Assembly: GCA_030390025.1 (NCBI GenBank) | Contig: CM059430.1 | Location: 62,124,001-62,188,000, forward strand | Source of the DNA: Squalus acanthias | Taxonomy: Eukaryota | Length of the DNA stretch: 64,000 nucleotides | Direction: 5' to 3' | Shown: positions 1 to 10,140 of the stretch, piece after piece | Position numbering within the stretch: the first letter of the stretch is position 1 | Layout: each line of letters opens with the position of its first letter | The notes under the pieces: generated by a model | What the model saw: the letters and a program-made list of their open reading frames with translations, nothing else | The model's database searches: none | Told to the model about the DNA's origin: nothing | Made by a program: the position numbers and the translations under genes

Positions 1-494
1 ACAGATGGCAGCTGCATGTGATGTTATAGAAGTGATCTGTCACTGGTGAGAGTGGATCTCCCAATGAGGTGGGACTGGACATCCAATTCAAAACTTGTTA
101 CCTAAAGAAAAGTGTAAATGCTTTAAAAATGATTTACCCAACATTTTATTACCTCTGAAACTCACCAGTGCACCATTAAATCCTTCACACCAATTCTGCA
201 GCTGTCATCAATGCAGACACTTTACAGCAGACTCACAACACGCCACATTTACCTGGCGTGGTGTCCGGACGTCAGGAAGCCCGAAGCAGAAGCGGCAAAA
301 TTGAAAAAGAGCCTGTTAACAAGTATCAAGTACCTGTTAACAGGCAGGTAAGTGTCTATAATCCTCTTCCCGCAGCTATGTGTCGGGTCCATGCGCAAAA
401 CGGGGACCCAACAGTTGGGAAGATTGATTGGAGGCGGGTTGACAGCGGGTTTCCTGAGCGCAGGCAACATTGCGGCCAAATCTGTTTTTCTGCG

Positions 495-580
495 CAGATG
501 CTACCTGACCTGCTGAGTATTTCCAACATTTTCGGCTTTTATTTCAGATTTCCCGTATCCGCAGTATTTTGCTTTTTTAA
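495..580. repeat. Short interspersed repeat fragment (Penelope-terminus-like); inverted copy at ~2140-2225
   Basis: CAGATGCTACCTGACCTGCTGAGTATTTCCAACATTTT... is the approximate reverse complement of ...AAAATGCTGGAAATACTGAGCAGGTCAGGCAGCTTCTG at 2187-2224. The family assignment is from memory of shark repeats. Confidence 0.45.
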
Positions 581-1324
581 CAGTAAGCAATTACCTGGTT
601 ATGAGACCCTGGAAAAGAACGAGTTGTTTGATGAGTCTGAAATTAAAAACAGCGAGAATATGGAAAGGAGAAAGAAATTCAGGACACTGTGTTCTTATTT
701 TGTATCAATGGAAGTGACTTTATAAAATATTATTGTTGCATCCCAAACATATCTTTATTGTTTCTGTGAATTAAAGGGAAGAGAGCGTTAATGTCACGAT
801 GTTAATATTCTGATCTAAGCAGTGCAGTTCAACCCCATAGTTGCAGAAACGGAAGTGGACTAAAGAGACGCTTCAACCACAAAATGACTGTATTTGGTCC
901 ATTGCTGGCTTAATGATAGAGCAAACCCAAAACATATCCATCATCCTTTCGCTTCCTGTAACCCCTTATCTTCTTCTGCTTCGAATATTTATTAACGTTT
1001 CTCTTAAAATCAGATTATGATTTTCACAGTTATTCGGTGTTTTTAACGGAGCAGAAGTAGGTTTTAATACATTTATTTGACCTACCAATTGCAAACACAT
1101 TTTATACCATGAGCGAGACCAATTGAAACGAAGGTCTGTTACGAAATCATATTTTGACAAGAGAGAACTGAATTTTCGCATATGTTTATACAATAAATAT
1201 TAAGTACATGAAGTTCTTTAGAATAAACGTCCACATTGTGGGTTTCAATGATTACAAAGAAAATGTGAATCAGCTTTGTTTCCTGTATGCTTTATTTTTA
1301 CAAAGCATCGCAGGTGAACGCAAA

Positions 1325-1588
1325 AGATCCCATGACATTATTTCGTCGAAAAGCAGGGGAATTATGCCCGTGAGCTAGCAAATATTTATCCCTCAATCAA
1401 CATCACTAAAACAGATTATCTGGTCATTATCACATTGCTATTTGTGGGAGCTTGCTGTGTGCTAATTGGCTGCTGCCTTTCCTACATTACAACAGTGACT
1501 ACACTTCAAAAAGTACTTATTTGGCTGTAAAGCGCTTTGGGACGTCCTGAGGTCGTGAAAGGCGCTATATAAATGCAAGTCTTTCTTT
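1325..1588 (+). mobile_element. Deu-domain SINE (SacSINE1/AmnSINE1-like), 3' part
   Basis: Deu core AATATTTATCCCTCAATCAACATCACTAAAACAGATTATCTGGTCATTATCACATTGC...AATTGGCTGC and L2-type tail AAAGCGCTTTGGGACGTCC...GGCGCTATATAAATGCAAG. Confidence 0.8.
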
Positions 1589-2705
1589 TCCTTATTGAAC
1601 CACCTTTTGAAATGGAGGCATTCCTGGAAATGGAGAAGGGAAGTTAGATTTTGACATGAAGGGAGGACCAGATTACAATACATCCACAGCCTGGGTTGAA
1701 GTTTCTCCGACCACTTGAATTAAAGACTGGATTCCAATGGTACCTTGTTATAAACCGTCTGGGCATCCTTTGTAAATGAGAACTAAGTTCTGGTTTCTAT
1801 CTTAGACAGCTGTAATCGTGAGAACTGTAGTAGGGATTCCATGCTTGTCTTTGGGTAGGGAGAGAAGTGCAAAACAGAAGGAAGAAGATTGCCAAAGTAT
1901 GGACTGGCGCTACTGGGTCCATTTGTTTCCTTGCTGTGATAGTCCACATCTAATGAGGACAAAGTGTCTTGGAGCAATTGTGTAGAGCAATATTGCTGAG
2001 ATTTACGATAGGCTTTGTAAAAATATGGACTGTTTAAGGACTAAAACAAGGAAGCACGTGCCTTAAAACTTATGAGAAATATTTGGCACATATTTAAATT
2101 AAATGTGGGAAAAAGGTAGAGCAATCAACATTTTATTTTAAATAAAAGCAAATACTTCAGATGCTGGAAATATGAAATAAAAACAGAAAATGCTGGAAAT
2201 ACTGAGCAGGTCAGGCAGCTTCTGTCGGCTGTTTGAAACAGTTGTCCAATTAGTCCCCCTCCACTGCTCTTACCCCGTAGCTCTGCAATTGTTTTCTTAT
2301 TTAATTAATAAATACATAAATACTTGTGTATATGTGTGTGTGTGTTTATATGAAGAGAGTCATAGGCAATGCGTTCTTAAAGTAGAATCTGTGCCTTACT
2401 CCTATAATGTTGTAAAGGGAAATACTTGCACCATAACTGTTGTCTTCCATTCAACGCTTGTTTAGATGTTCAACTGCTGAATACAGGCAGCCTGTGAACA
2501 GACTATTTATCTGGAAGTACCTCCATAATTATGTTCCAGATAAATCACTCTTTTCTGCATTGTAAACAGGATCCATCCCGTCCACTCCCTCATCTTTTCC
2601 CCACAAATCAGAATATTGTCCAATTCATCACATTGTTGCGCTTTTTAACTATAGTTTCAGTTAGGGACTTGTCTTCTGCCCAGTGTCCTTTTGCTGAGGT
2701 GGTTA

Positions 2706-3464
2706 GGGGGCGAGTCATGTGCCGGGTGAGTACGCGTTGTGTACTTACCCGTAAGGCATCCTGAAGTGTCAGTTTCCTGCATGCACTGCGCATGCGTGGG
2801 AAACCGGAACTTCCGGTCTCGGGAAAGGAGGGGTTGAGAGGTGAACCGCGTGCGCGGTAGAGGCTGCGTGCACGCAGCGAACTTCGTTTTTTTTCAGGTT
2901 TCTCCGGGAAGGTAAGTATTGAAGAAACTGCGCTTTTAAAATGGAGGCGCAAGACCCGTTTTCAACAAGGTAAGTGGTTAATTAATTACAATGTTAATAA
3001 TTTTTCAACAGGTTTATCTTTTTTACTTACTTTAAAGAAAGGTAAGTTTATTTTTAGCACTTTTAAAAAGTATTTTAATTTTTTCAAAAATTTAAATTTT
3101 TGTTTAAAGTAGTTAATTTATTTAACTTATATTTATTTTAAAAATGTGATGGCTTTTTAAAAAAAATATTTGAAGTTTAGGTGTTGTTTTGGGGCCGATT
3201 TCAATTCATAGATTTGAAAGGTCTTCCTGTCAAATCTATGAATGAAAGATGGTCGGCTGCCATTGGATTTCCATGGCCCACGTGATCCCAGGGAACGCAT
3301 CGCACTAACTATGCCCCTGGGATACACAAGCATGCGCCCCGGAAGCTGCAGGAGGCCCAGGAGCTGAAGTCCCCATGAGCCCAGAGGTCAACGGCAGGCG
3401 CGGTAGGTAGGTGCGCGCGGGATCCTTGCACCCACAGGAAGCCAGGGAGACTAATTTCTGGGCC
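2706..3464. mobile_element. MITE (non-autonomous DNA transposon), same family as 4841-5551 but inverted; left end unclear
   Basis: Internal sequence matches the reverse complement of 4841-5551, including the hairpin at 3204-3243. Ends in AATTTCTGGGCC. Confidence 0.65.
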
Positions 3465-3732
3465 ATGATGTTCCTAAGGAGAATTATGCAAAATCTCCTC
3501 CATTATCGCCGCCCACCTGCAGTTCAAAGGTGCAACACACTGTAACAAGGGATAACATTAATTAACAGCATTCTTCTTTATATAATTAAAATTAAGTGGA
3601 AATTCAATATAAAAATTCTTCACTCTAGCTAAATTCTGTATATGTGTTAACTAATTGTCCAGAAATTACATTTCGGGATCCCGCATGACCAGCGTAACAT
3701 TGTCGGAGTACATGGAGACATTTCGTGGAAGG

Positions 3733-4479
3733 TGTAGCTTTTAAAAGCTCTTTATAGTAATTTTTACATGACTACAGAAACCACTCTGGCTAGAGGTATA
3801 TTGTGTATAAGTAAAACAGGTTTATTAAGCATTAAACATCCAGTATAAAGAAGTAATACTTAACAAGAAGATGGTCGCAGTTTGTTCATTGAACCCCGGC
3901 GTTCGTTCCAAGTGACTGTGGCAGCATCTCTGTAATTCTTGCTGTTTTATCTTGACTGAAGCTTCTCATCCTCTGGTATCGCACTGCTTTCAGTGTTCAA
4001 TAGGTGTTCCTTTATAACTCTTTTCCTTCATAATATATAGCAATTTGCAGCTGCTTGGGATATCTCACCATTCTGACCTTCAGAAGTACGATGTATGATT
4101 CTCTCCCCTTTTCTGCAGTGAGCTTTGAACATGATTACTTTTACATCTTTTGCCTTTCACATAGCCCATTACCTAGACTAGTCTGAAACTTCAGCGATTA
4201 GGTATGTTAGGTATTGAAAACCCTCTATCTTACTTTGAGACTTAATTAATGTTTCGTCCTCTGGTTTCTTGTTTGTAATATAACAGAAAATCTACACTAC
4301 CTCAGCACTATTCTTGCAGTTAACATAATTTTACCATCATGCTTTTATCTCAGCCGTTCGCCATTTTATACAGGCTTTTTAGGTTTTTAACATACAATTT
4401 CACATATTATAGTTGTTTAAAAATGGTTATAGAATCTTAATAATGTTTACTAAATCCTACAGGTACACTTTATTCTACA
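3733..4479 (-). repeat. 3' LTR
   Basis: TG...CA termini. About 90% identical to 12217-12974 (~18 differences in the first ~187 bp by hand). Minus-strand TATAAA at 4011-4016 and AATAAA at 3821-3826. Confidence 0.93.
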
Positions 4480-4482
4480 GAT

Positions 4483-4491
4483 CCCTACCTT
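4483..4491 (-). promoter_or_regulatory. Polypurine tract (PPT)
   Basis: Minus-strand AAGGTAGGG lies 3 nt upstream of the 3' LTR. Confidence 0.6.
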
Positions 4492-4840
4492 AAAGGCGAG
4501 GCATTTTGACGACCCCTCAAAACTAAAATCTTACATGTGGGTTTGTTCTCCCACGTTTATGTAATTCTAAGATATTCTGGGTTTTGATCATATTTAAACA
4601 CGATCGAATTTTGTACATTAGGTGTTTCAGGTGGCAGGTGCAAACTAGTAAGCATATCAGTACTACAAGTTGGGTGATGACCAGTACATGGGAAATTATC
4701 CTAATCCAAGGAGGAATTTCCATGTTAGTCCCTATGTTGTATTATTAGTCCTAACAATTTTTGTCTCCCTACCTATGGGTTACATATATCAAATACACTA
4801 TCATTACAAGTTGGAGAATTACCAGAGCATGTGAAACAAT

Positions 4841-5551
4841 GGGGCAGAAATTCGGCTCTCCGGCTTCCCGCGGTTGCAAGGATCGCGCTCGTACTTACCT
4901 AGCGCGCCTGCCGTTGTCCTTTGGGCCCGCATGGAATTCGGCTCCTGGGCCTCCTGCAGCTGCCGGCGCGCAGTGCTTGCGTATCCCAGGGGCGCAGTTA
5001 GCTGGAAGCGTCCCCTGGGATCACGTGGGCCATGGAGAGCCAATCGGAGCAGGGAATCTTCATTCATAGATTTTGACAGGAGGACCTGTCAAATCTATGA
5101 ATAGAGATCGGCCCCAAAACCTCACTAAAATTTCAAATACATTTTCTTTAAAAATCACATTTTCAAAATAACTATAATTACATAATTTTTGAAAAAATTC
5201 ATTACACTTTTTAACGGTGCTAAAAATAAACTTTCCTTTCTTTAAAGTATGTAAAAAAGATGAACCTGTCGAAAAAAATTTAAATTATATTTCATTCACC
5301 ACTTACCTTGTTAAAAGCAGGCCTTACGCTTCCTTTTTTCCTGCACAGCTTCTCCGTACTTACCCTCACGAAGAAACCTGAAAGAAACCCGAAGTTCGCT
5401 GCGTGCGCGCTGCCTCTCCGGCGCACGCGTTGGACCTCTGAAACCCTTCCTTCAGGGGAACGGAAGTGCATGCGCGAAACCGGCACTTTCGCTGTTTCTA
5501 CGGGTGAGTACACAGCGCGTACTCAACCGTGGAGACCCGAATTTTTGGCCC
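4841..5551. mobile_element. MITE (Harbinger-like), nested in the ERV env
   Basis: 21-bp TIRs GGGGCAGAAATTCGGCTCTCC / GGAGACCCGAATTTTTGGCCC (3 mismatches), 3-bp flanks AAT/ACT, non-coding interior. Confidence 0.8.
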
Positions 5552-5564
5552 ACTATGAACCTAT

Positions 5565-5866
5565 GGGCAGCATGGTGGCATAGTGGTTAGCACTGTTGCC
5601 TCACAGCGCCAGGGACCCGGGTGCGAATCCGGTCTCGGGTGACTGTCTGTGTGGAGTTTGCACATTCTCCCCATGTCTGCGTGGGTTTCCTCCAGTTTCC
5701 TCCCACAGTCCAAAGATGTGCGGGTTAGGTTGATTTGGCTATGATAAATTGACCCTTAGTGTTAGGGGGATTAAATACATGGGGTTACGGGGATAGGGTG
5801 GGCTATGTGTCGGTGCAGGCTAGATGGGCCGAAATGGCCTCTATCTGCACTGTGGGGAATCTGTGA
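5565..5866 (+). mobile_element. tRNA-derived V-SINE (HE1-like), nested in the ERV env
   Basis: A box TGGCATAGTGG, degenerate B box GGTGCGAATCC, V-domain CTGTGTGGAGTTTGCACATTCTCCCC...GGGTTTCCTCC...TCCCACAGTCCAAAGATGTG, CR1-like tail. Confidence 0.88.
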
Positions 5867-6344
5867 TGGTTGTGCTGATCTATTAAGCCTAATATCCCAC
5901 TAGTGTGAGTTGTCCCTTATGCTATCAATTTCAATATCTATTCTCGAATTGTCTTGTTTGAAAACATAAAAGTGCTTTAGGGAGGAGTTCATTCGCATCA
6001 CCGCTCACTGAAGCCCTCAGACAACAGGGGAATATATTACCCGAATTGTGCCACATAATTTTGCAGCTCATACTTGAGTATCTCATTTACTGTCAGTTTC
6101 ACTTGAGCATAGGTTTTGATATTGAGTAAAACGTTGATGGTTGATGGGACAGGTCCTGTTAGACCCGTAAAGCATGGCAGTTGCAGTAGTCGTGACACAG
6201 GAGGCACCATCAAAAACATCTCATAGTGGTACTGGTTTTTCCCACGCTCTGTTATCTACAAAACATAACTATTACAGTTACAAGTTATAATTAAGTCTTA
6301 CAATCATTTCACGTGACATTACAGTTTAACATCTAATCAACAAA

Positions 6345-8580
6345 TCATGAACTTAAAAGATTCTCCAGATCTCTTTCACTCGTATCCATCTTGTGGATAA
6401 TTCTTGCTGAACATGATTTCTCTTTAGCCCTCAATTGTCCCAATCCAAATTCTTCAACTTCAATTTCCATCCCTCTAACAGGTACCAGTGTGTTTAACTC
6501 TATTCTGAATGTTTCACTAATTAGATAGTTTCTCGGTGTAGTATGTGTCAATGCTTCAAAAGTTCTCTCCCTCTCCTTAGCCACATTAAACATTTCATGT
6601 CTTGCTGTTGTCAAGTAACTGAGTATGTCTGAGACCCGTTCTTCAGTGCAGATTCACCACGCATTTGCGGATGGTAATTGCTTCATATGTAACAAATCAC
6701 ATTTGCGCACTCATATCAGTATTTCAATATTGTGCCACACGTGTCCTCCAATACAAACCATTCTCGGGCTTTCAGGTATCTTGTCAAAAGATTGTAGTCG
6801 TCTGGAAATCTTTGCTCATCTTCCTCTGCAGTTTCCCGATGTCTTGGTTAGTGGTCATACTATAAAATTCAGTTTTCTTAAAAGGTTCATTGTAGGCAGA
6901 GACATAAATGTCTCCAAGAGAAAGTTATCAATTTACTATTCTTAGCTACACTTTCCTGACTTTCACTAGAAAGTTTTGAAAATTCCCAATCAGTAGTGTA
7001 ATTCTCCTGTTTCTATCTTACACCCTCAATCACGTCCTATCTCCATTTTAAACATCCCATTAATTACCATTCATATCTCATTCATGAGCCCTAGTGGAAC
7101 TTTACTGTCCAGTGCAATATTTAAGATTGAAAACATAGATAAAATGTTCTCACTTAGTCCAAGTTATTATCACTTTTTCTTTATCATTATTTTCGAGGAT
7201 CTTTTATTTTCCCAAAAGTAACCAAATATATAGTGCCTGAGTCCATTTTGTCATTTAAAAACTATCCCAAAATCCAATCAGCAGTACTGTTGAACTGATA
7301 CCGCAGGGTTCGGTGCGGGGGCCCCAGCTGTTTACATTATATATTCATGATTTGGACGAAGGGATTAATTGTAATATCACCAAATTTGCGGATGACACTA
7401 AATTGGGAGGCAGTGTGAACAATGAGGAGGATGCTAGGAGGCTACAGAGTGATTTGGACAGGTTGGGTGAATGGGCAAATGTATGGCAGATGAAGTACAA
7501 TGTGGATAAATGTGAGGTTATCCACTTTGGTGGTAAAAATAGGGAGGCAGACTATTACCTGAATGGTGGCAGATTAGGGAAAGGGGAGGTGCAACGAGAC
7601 CTGGGCGTCATGGTACATCAGTCACTGAAGGTGGGAAGGCAAGTGCAGCAGGCAGTCAAGAAAGCAAATGGCATGATGGCCTTCATAGCAAGGGGATTTG
7701 AGTACAGGAGTAGGGAGGTGATGCTACAGTTGTACAGGGCCTTGGTGAGGCCACACCTGGAGTATTGTGTGCAGTTTTGGTCTCCTAACTTGAGGAAGGA
7801 CATTCTTGCTATTGAGGGAGTGCAACGAATGTTCACTAGATTGATTCCTGGGATGGCCAGACTGACATATCAAGAAAGACTGGATGAACTGAACTTGTAT
7901 ACTCTGGAGTTCAGAAGAATGAGGGGGGATCTTATAGAGACGTTTAAAATCCTGACTGGCTTAGACAAATTCGATGCGGGCAGAATGTTTCCAATGTTAG
8001 GGAAAACTAAAACCAGGGGTCACAGTCTAAGGATAAAGGGGAAGCCATTTAAGTCTGAGATGAGGAGGAACTTCTTCACCCAGAGAGTGGTGAATCTGTG
8101 GAATTCTCTACCACAGAAGGTTGTTGAGGCCAGTTCGCTAAATATATTCAGAAGGGTATTAGATATAATACTCACAACTAGGGGGATCAAGGGGTATGGC
8201 GAGAAAGCAGGAATGGGGTACAGAGGTAGCCTGTTCAGCCATGAACGCATTGAATGGCGGTGCAGGCTCGAAGGACTGAATGGTCTACTCCTGCACCTAT
8301 TTTCTATGTTTCTATGTTTCTATGATAGGTTTTGTCAATGTTCAATTTAATTTCTGTCCAATTTATCTTATCAATTCCAAGTTCAGAAACAAGTGATTTC
8401 CAGGCTAGGTGGCTTAGACAGTGTTTTAACATTAGAGACAGAAGTGCTGCAATCAGTTTACAAGGTAACTTTCATATAACAAATGAAAGAAGAGAATCCA
8501 TTGTGACTCTGCTTAAGAGCCCAAGGGGTTAATTTATCAAATCATAATCTTCCTTCTGTCACTGTGGGGAAATATTAACT
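6345..8580 (-). pseudogene. Decayed ORF of unknown function inside the ERV, split by a CR1 insertion
   Basis: The frame continues across the CR1 junction (...INWTEIKLNIDKTYQFNSTADWILG...) and ends in ORF 6345-6614. It has scattered stops and frameshifts and no recognisable motif. Confidence 0.45.
7301..8324 (+). mobile_element. CR1 LINE, 5'-truncated, young (open RT C-terminal ORF 7313-8350)
   Basis: PQGSV.GP, FADDTK, RPHLEYCVQFWSP and RRNFFTQRVV motifs; (TTTCTATG)n tail; probable TSD TGATA at 7296-7300 and 8323-8327. Confidence 0.95.
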
Positions 8581-9630
8581 TAAAAGTAAGAAACTTAAAT
8601 TTAATAATGTCCAATATCTTTAAATTTCATTCAGCAATACTAAAGTTGTTGCTTGGTGAACTTAAACAGCTGTCAGTGGAAAGGGTTAACTCCTTTGCAG
8701 GTTTTAAGACGGCGGAGCGAAACATTGTCAGGTGCACACGATTGTGTCACTTCACGTAAATTTAAAAAATCTTCCCCGATCGAGAAAGACAGTTGTGTTT
8801 TCACACTTTAACTAAACACGAACAGAACAGATAAAACAAAACAAAATAGCACATGCTTGCAGAAAACAGTAAATTGTGTCATATTTCTTATTGTCCTTTC
8901 TTCAGATGCCTTTCCAAATGACTGTAAAAACATTGAATACAACTGGAGAAAAATTAGTTTTTCACATTTAAACAAATTAAATCAAACTGCCTTGGAAATT
9001 TCACCATAGTAACTGTGACTCCAAGGTTAAATTTTAGACTGACCCTTAAACTTTTGTTGAACAATTTTTTTGTTATTCTCCTCAGTTTTTGCACATCAGC
9101 TTAACTTAACTTGTAGTTCAAAGTTTCCTTTTTTAATTCTGGGTGCACATTCTTATTCACACATTCTTAAACTCCCAAAATCCAAGACAAGACTAAAGTT
9201 TTTTAATGATTTGTTTTACACAGAGAAGTGGGTGGAGCTGAAACACACACAACAGACAGTCTTCTAAAGACAGACTTTTCTGACAAAAGGAATACTGTAA
9301 CTTCTTAAACATTTATAGTTAGGAAAACTTTCACACTTTAACACATACTTTCACACAAACTGAAATTCCAGAATTTTTTTTAAGGTTCCTTAACTCAGCA
9401 ATCTTGTGTTTTATTTGTCTCGGCACAGATGTTAATAACTTCCATGTCGGTAAAACTTTAGGTTTCTCTCTCTTTTTTTCTTTTTTTAAATCGGCGTCTC
9501 AGCAACTTAGGGGTTACTTGAGTTCTAGTTAGGGCACCAACTGGTTGCTCAATAAATGCGAACTGTCCAGCGAGGTTTTCTCCATGTCACTGCTGACATA
9601 GGCTATGGCGGCTGTTGTAGGAGGAGGTGG

Positions 9631-10140
9631 TCAGGGAGGATATAATTCTCCCTCAGACGGAGGTAGGGAATGTGTCGGCAGTGTTATCTGCTGAGGCTTC
9701 TTTATAGCTAACACTGAGTGGGGGTCTGGAATTTGCCCTATATCTCCCCGTTTAGTCTCAACCCAAAAACAGTTCTGATTGTAATCTATAATGGCTGTCG
9801 TTCCCCGTAGGGTGTCATTGACAAGTATTCCCATTCCGCTGTTTATACACATATATAACGGATCAGTGATTTTTATGGGGAAGGCCTCAAGGGAAATACT
9901 AACTTCCTCTTCTGGGTATGCTGGTGCCTGTGCGCCGGTGAATCCTGTTTTTACAAAGCTATTTTTGGCTATTTCAAGCTGGCTTTCCGGGTCTGGGGAA
10001 TGCAGGATTGTAACAGATGAACCGGTGTCTATTAATATAGTCTGCTGTCGGCCCCCAGGCAGCAAAGCTGAGACTACCGGTCGACCATGGCCACTTCGTC
10101 TGAAATCCACTTCAGACCAGGCTGATGGGGCCGTATCCCG
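9631..10140 (-). pseudogene. pro: Retroviral aspartic protease (pol 5' end; RT absent)
   Basis: ILIDTGSSVTIL catalytic motif and GILVND (GxLGxD-like). In frame with gag after a TGA. Confidence 0.88.

Larger units (their letters stand above)
4523..6219 (-). pseudogene. env: env remnant: C-terminal ectodomain, Trp-rich membrane-proximal region and TM, followed by a second TM with cytoplasmic tail; interrupted by a MITE and a SINE
   Basis: After removing 4841-5551 and 5565-5866 the frame reads ...AVMRMNSSLKHFYVFKQDNSRIDIEIDSIRDNSH*WDIRLNRSAQP*VHIVSHALVILQLVMIVYLIYVTHR*, then YNIGTNMEIPPWIRIISHVLVITQLVVLICLLVCTCHLKH...RF*. It sits immediately before the PPT. Confidence 0.7.

Noticed and set aside
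258-725. 155-aa ORF
   Set aside because: It starts at a non-ATG codon, runs through a splice donor and a repeat fragment, and has no domain.
5565-5640. tRNA gene
   Set aside because: The A/B boxes run into a V-domain body, so this is a SINE head.
7313-8350. RT as the ERV's pol
   Set aside because: It has non-LTR CR1 motifs, lies on the opposite strand and has its own tail and TSD.
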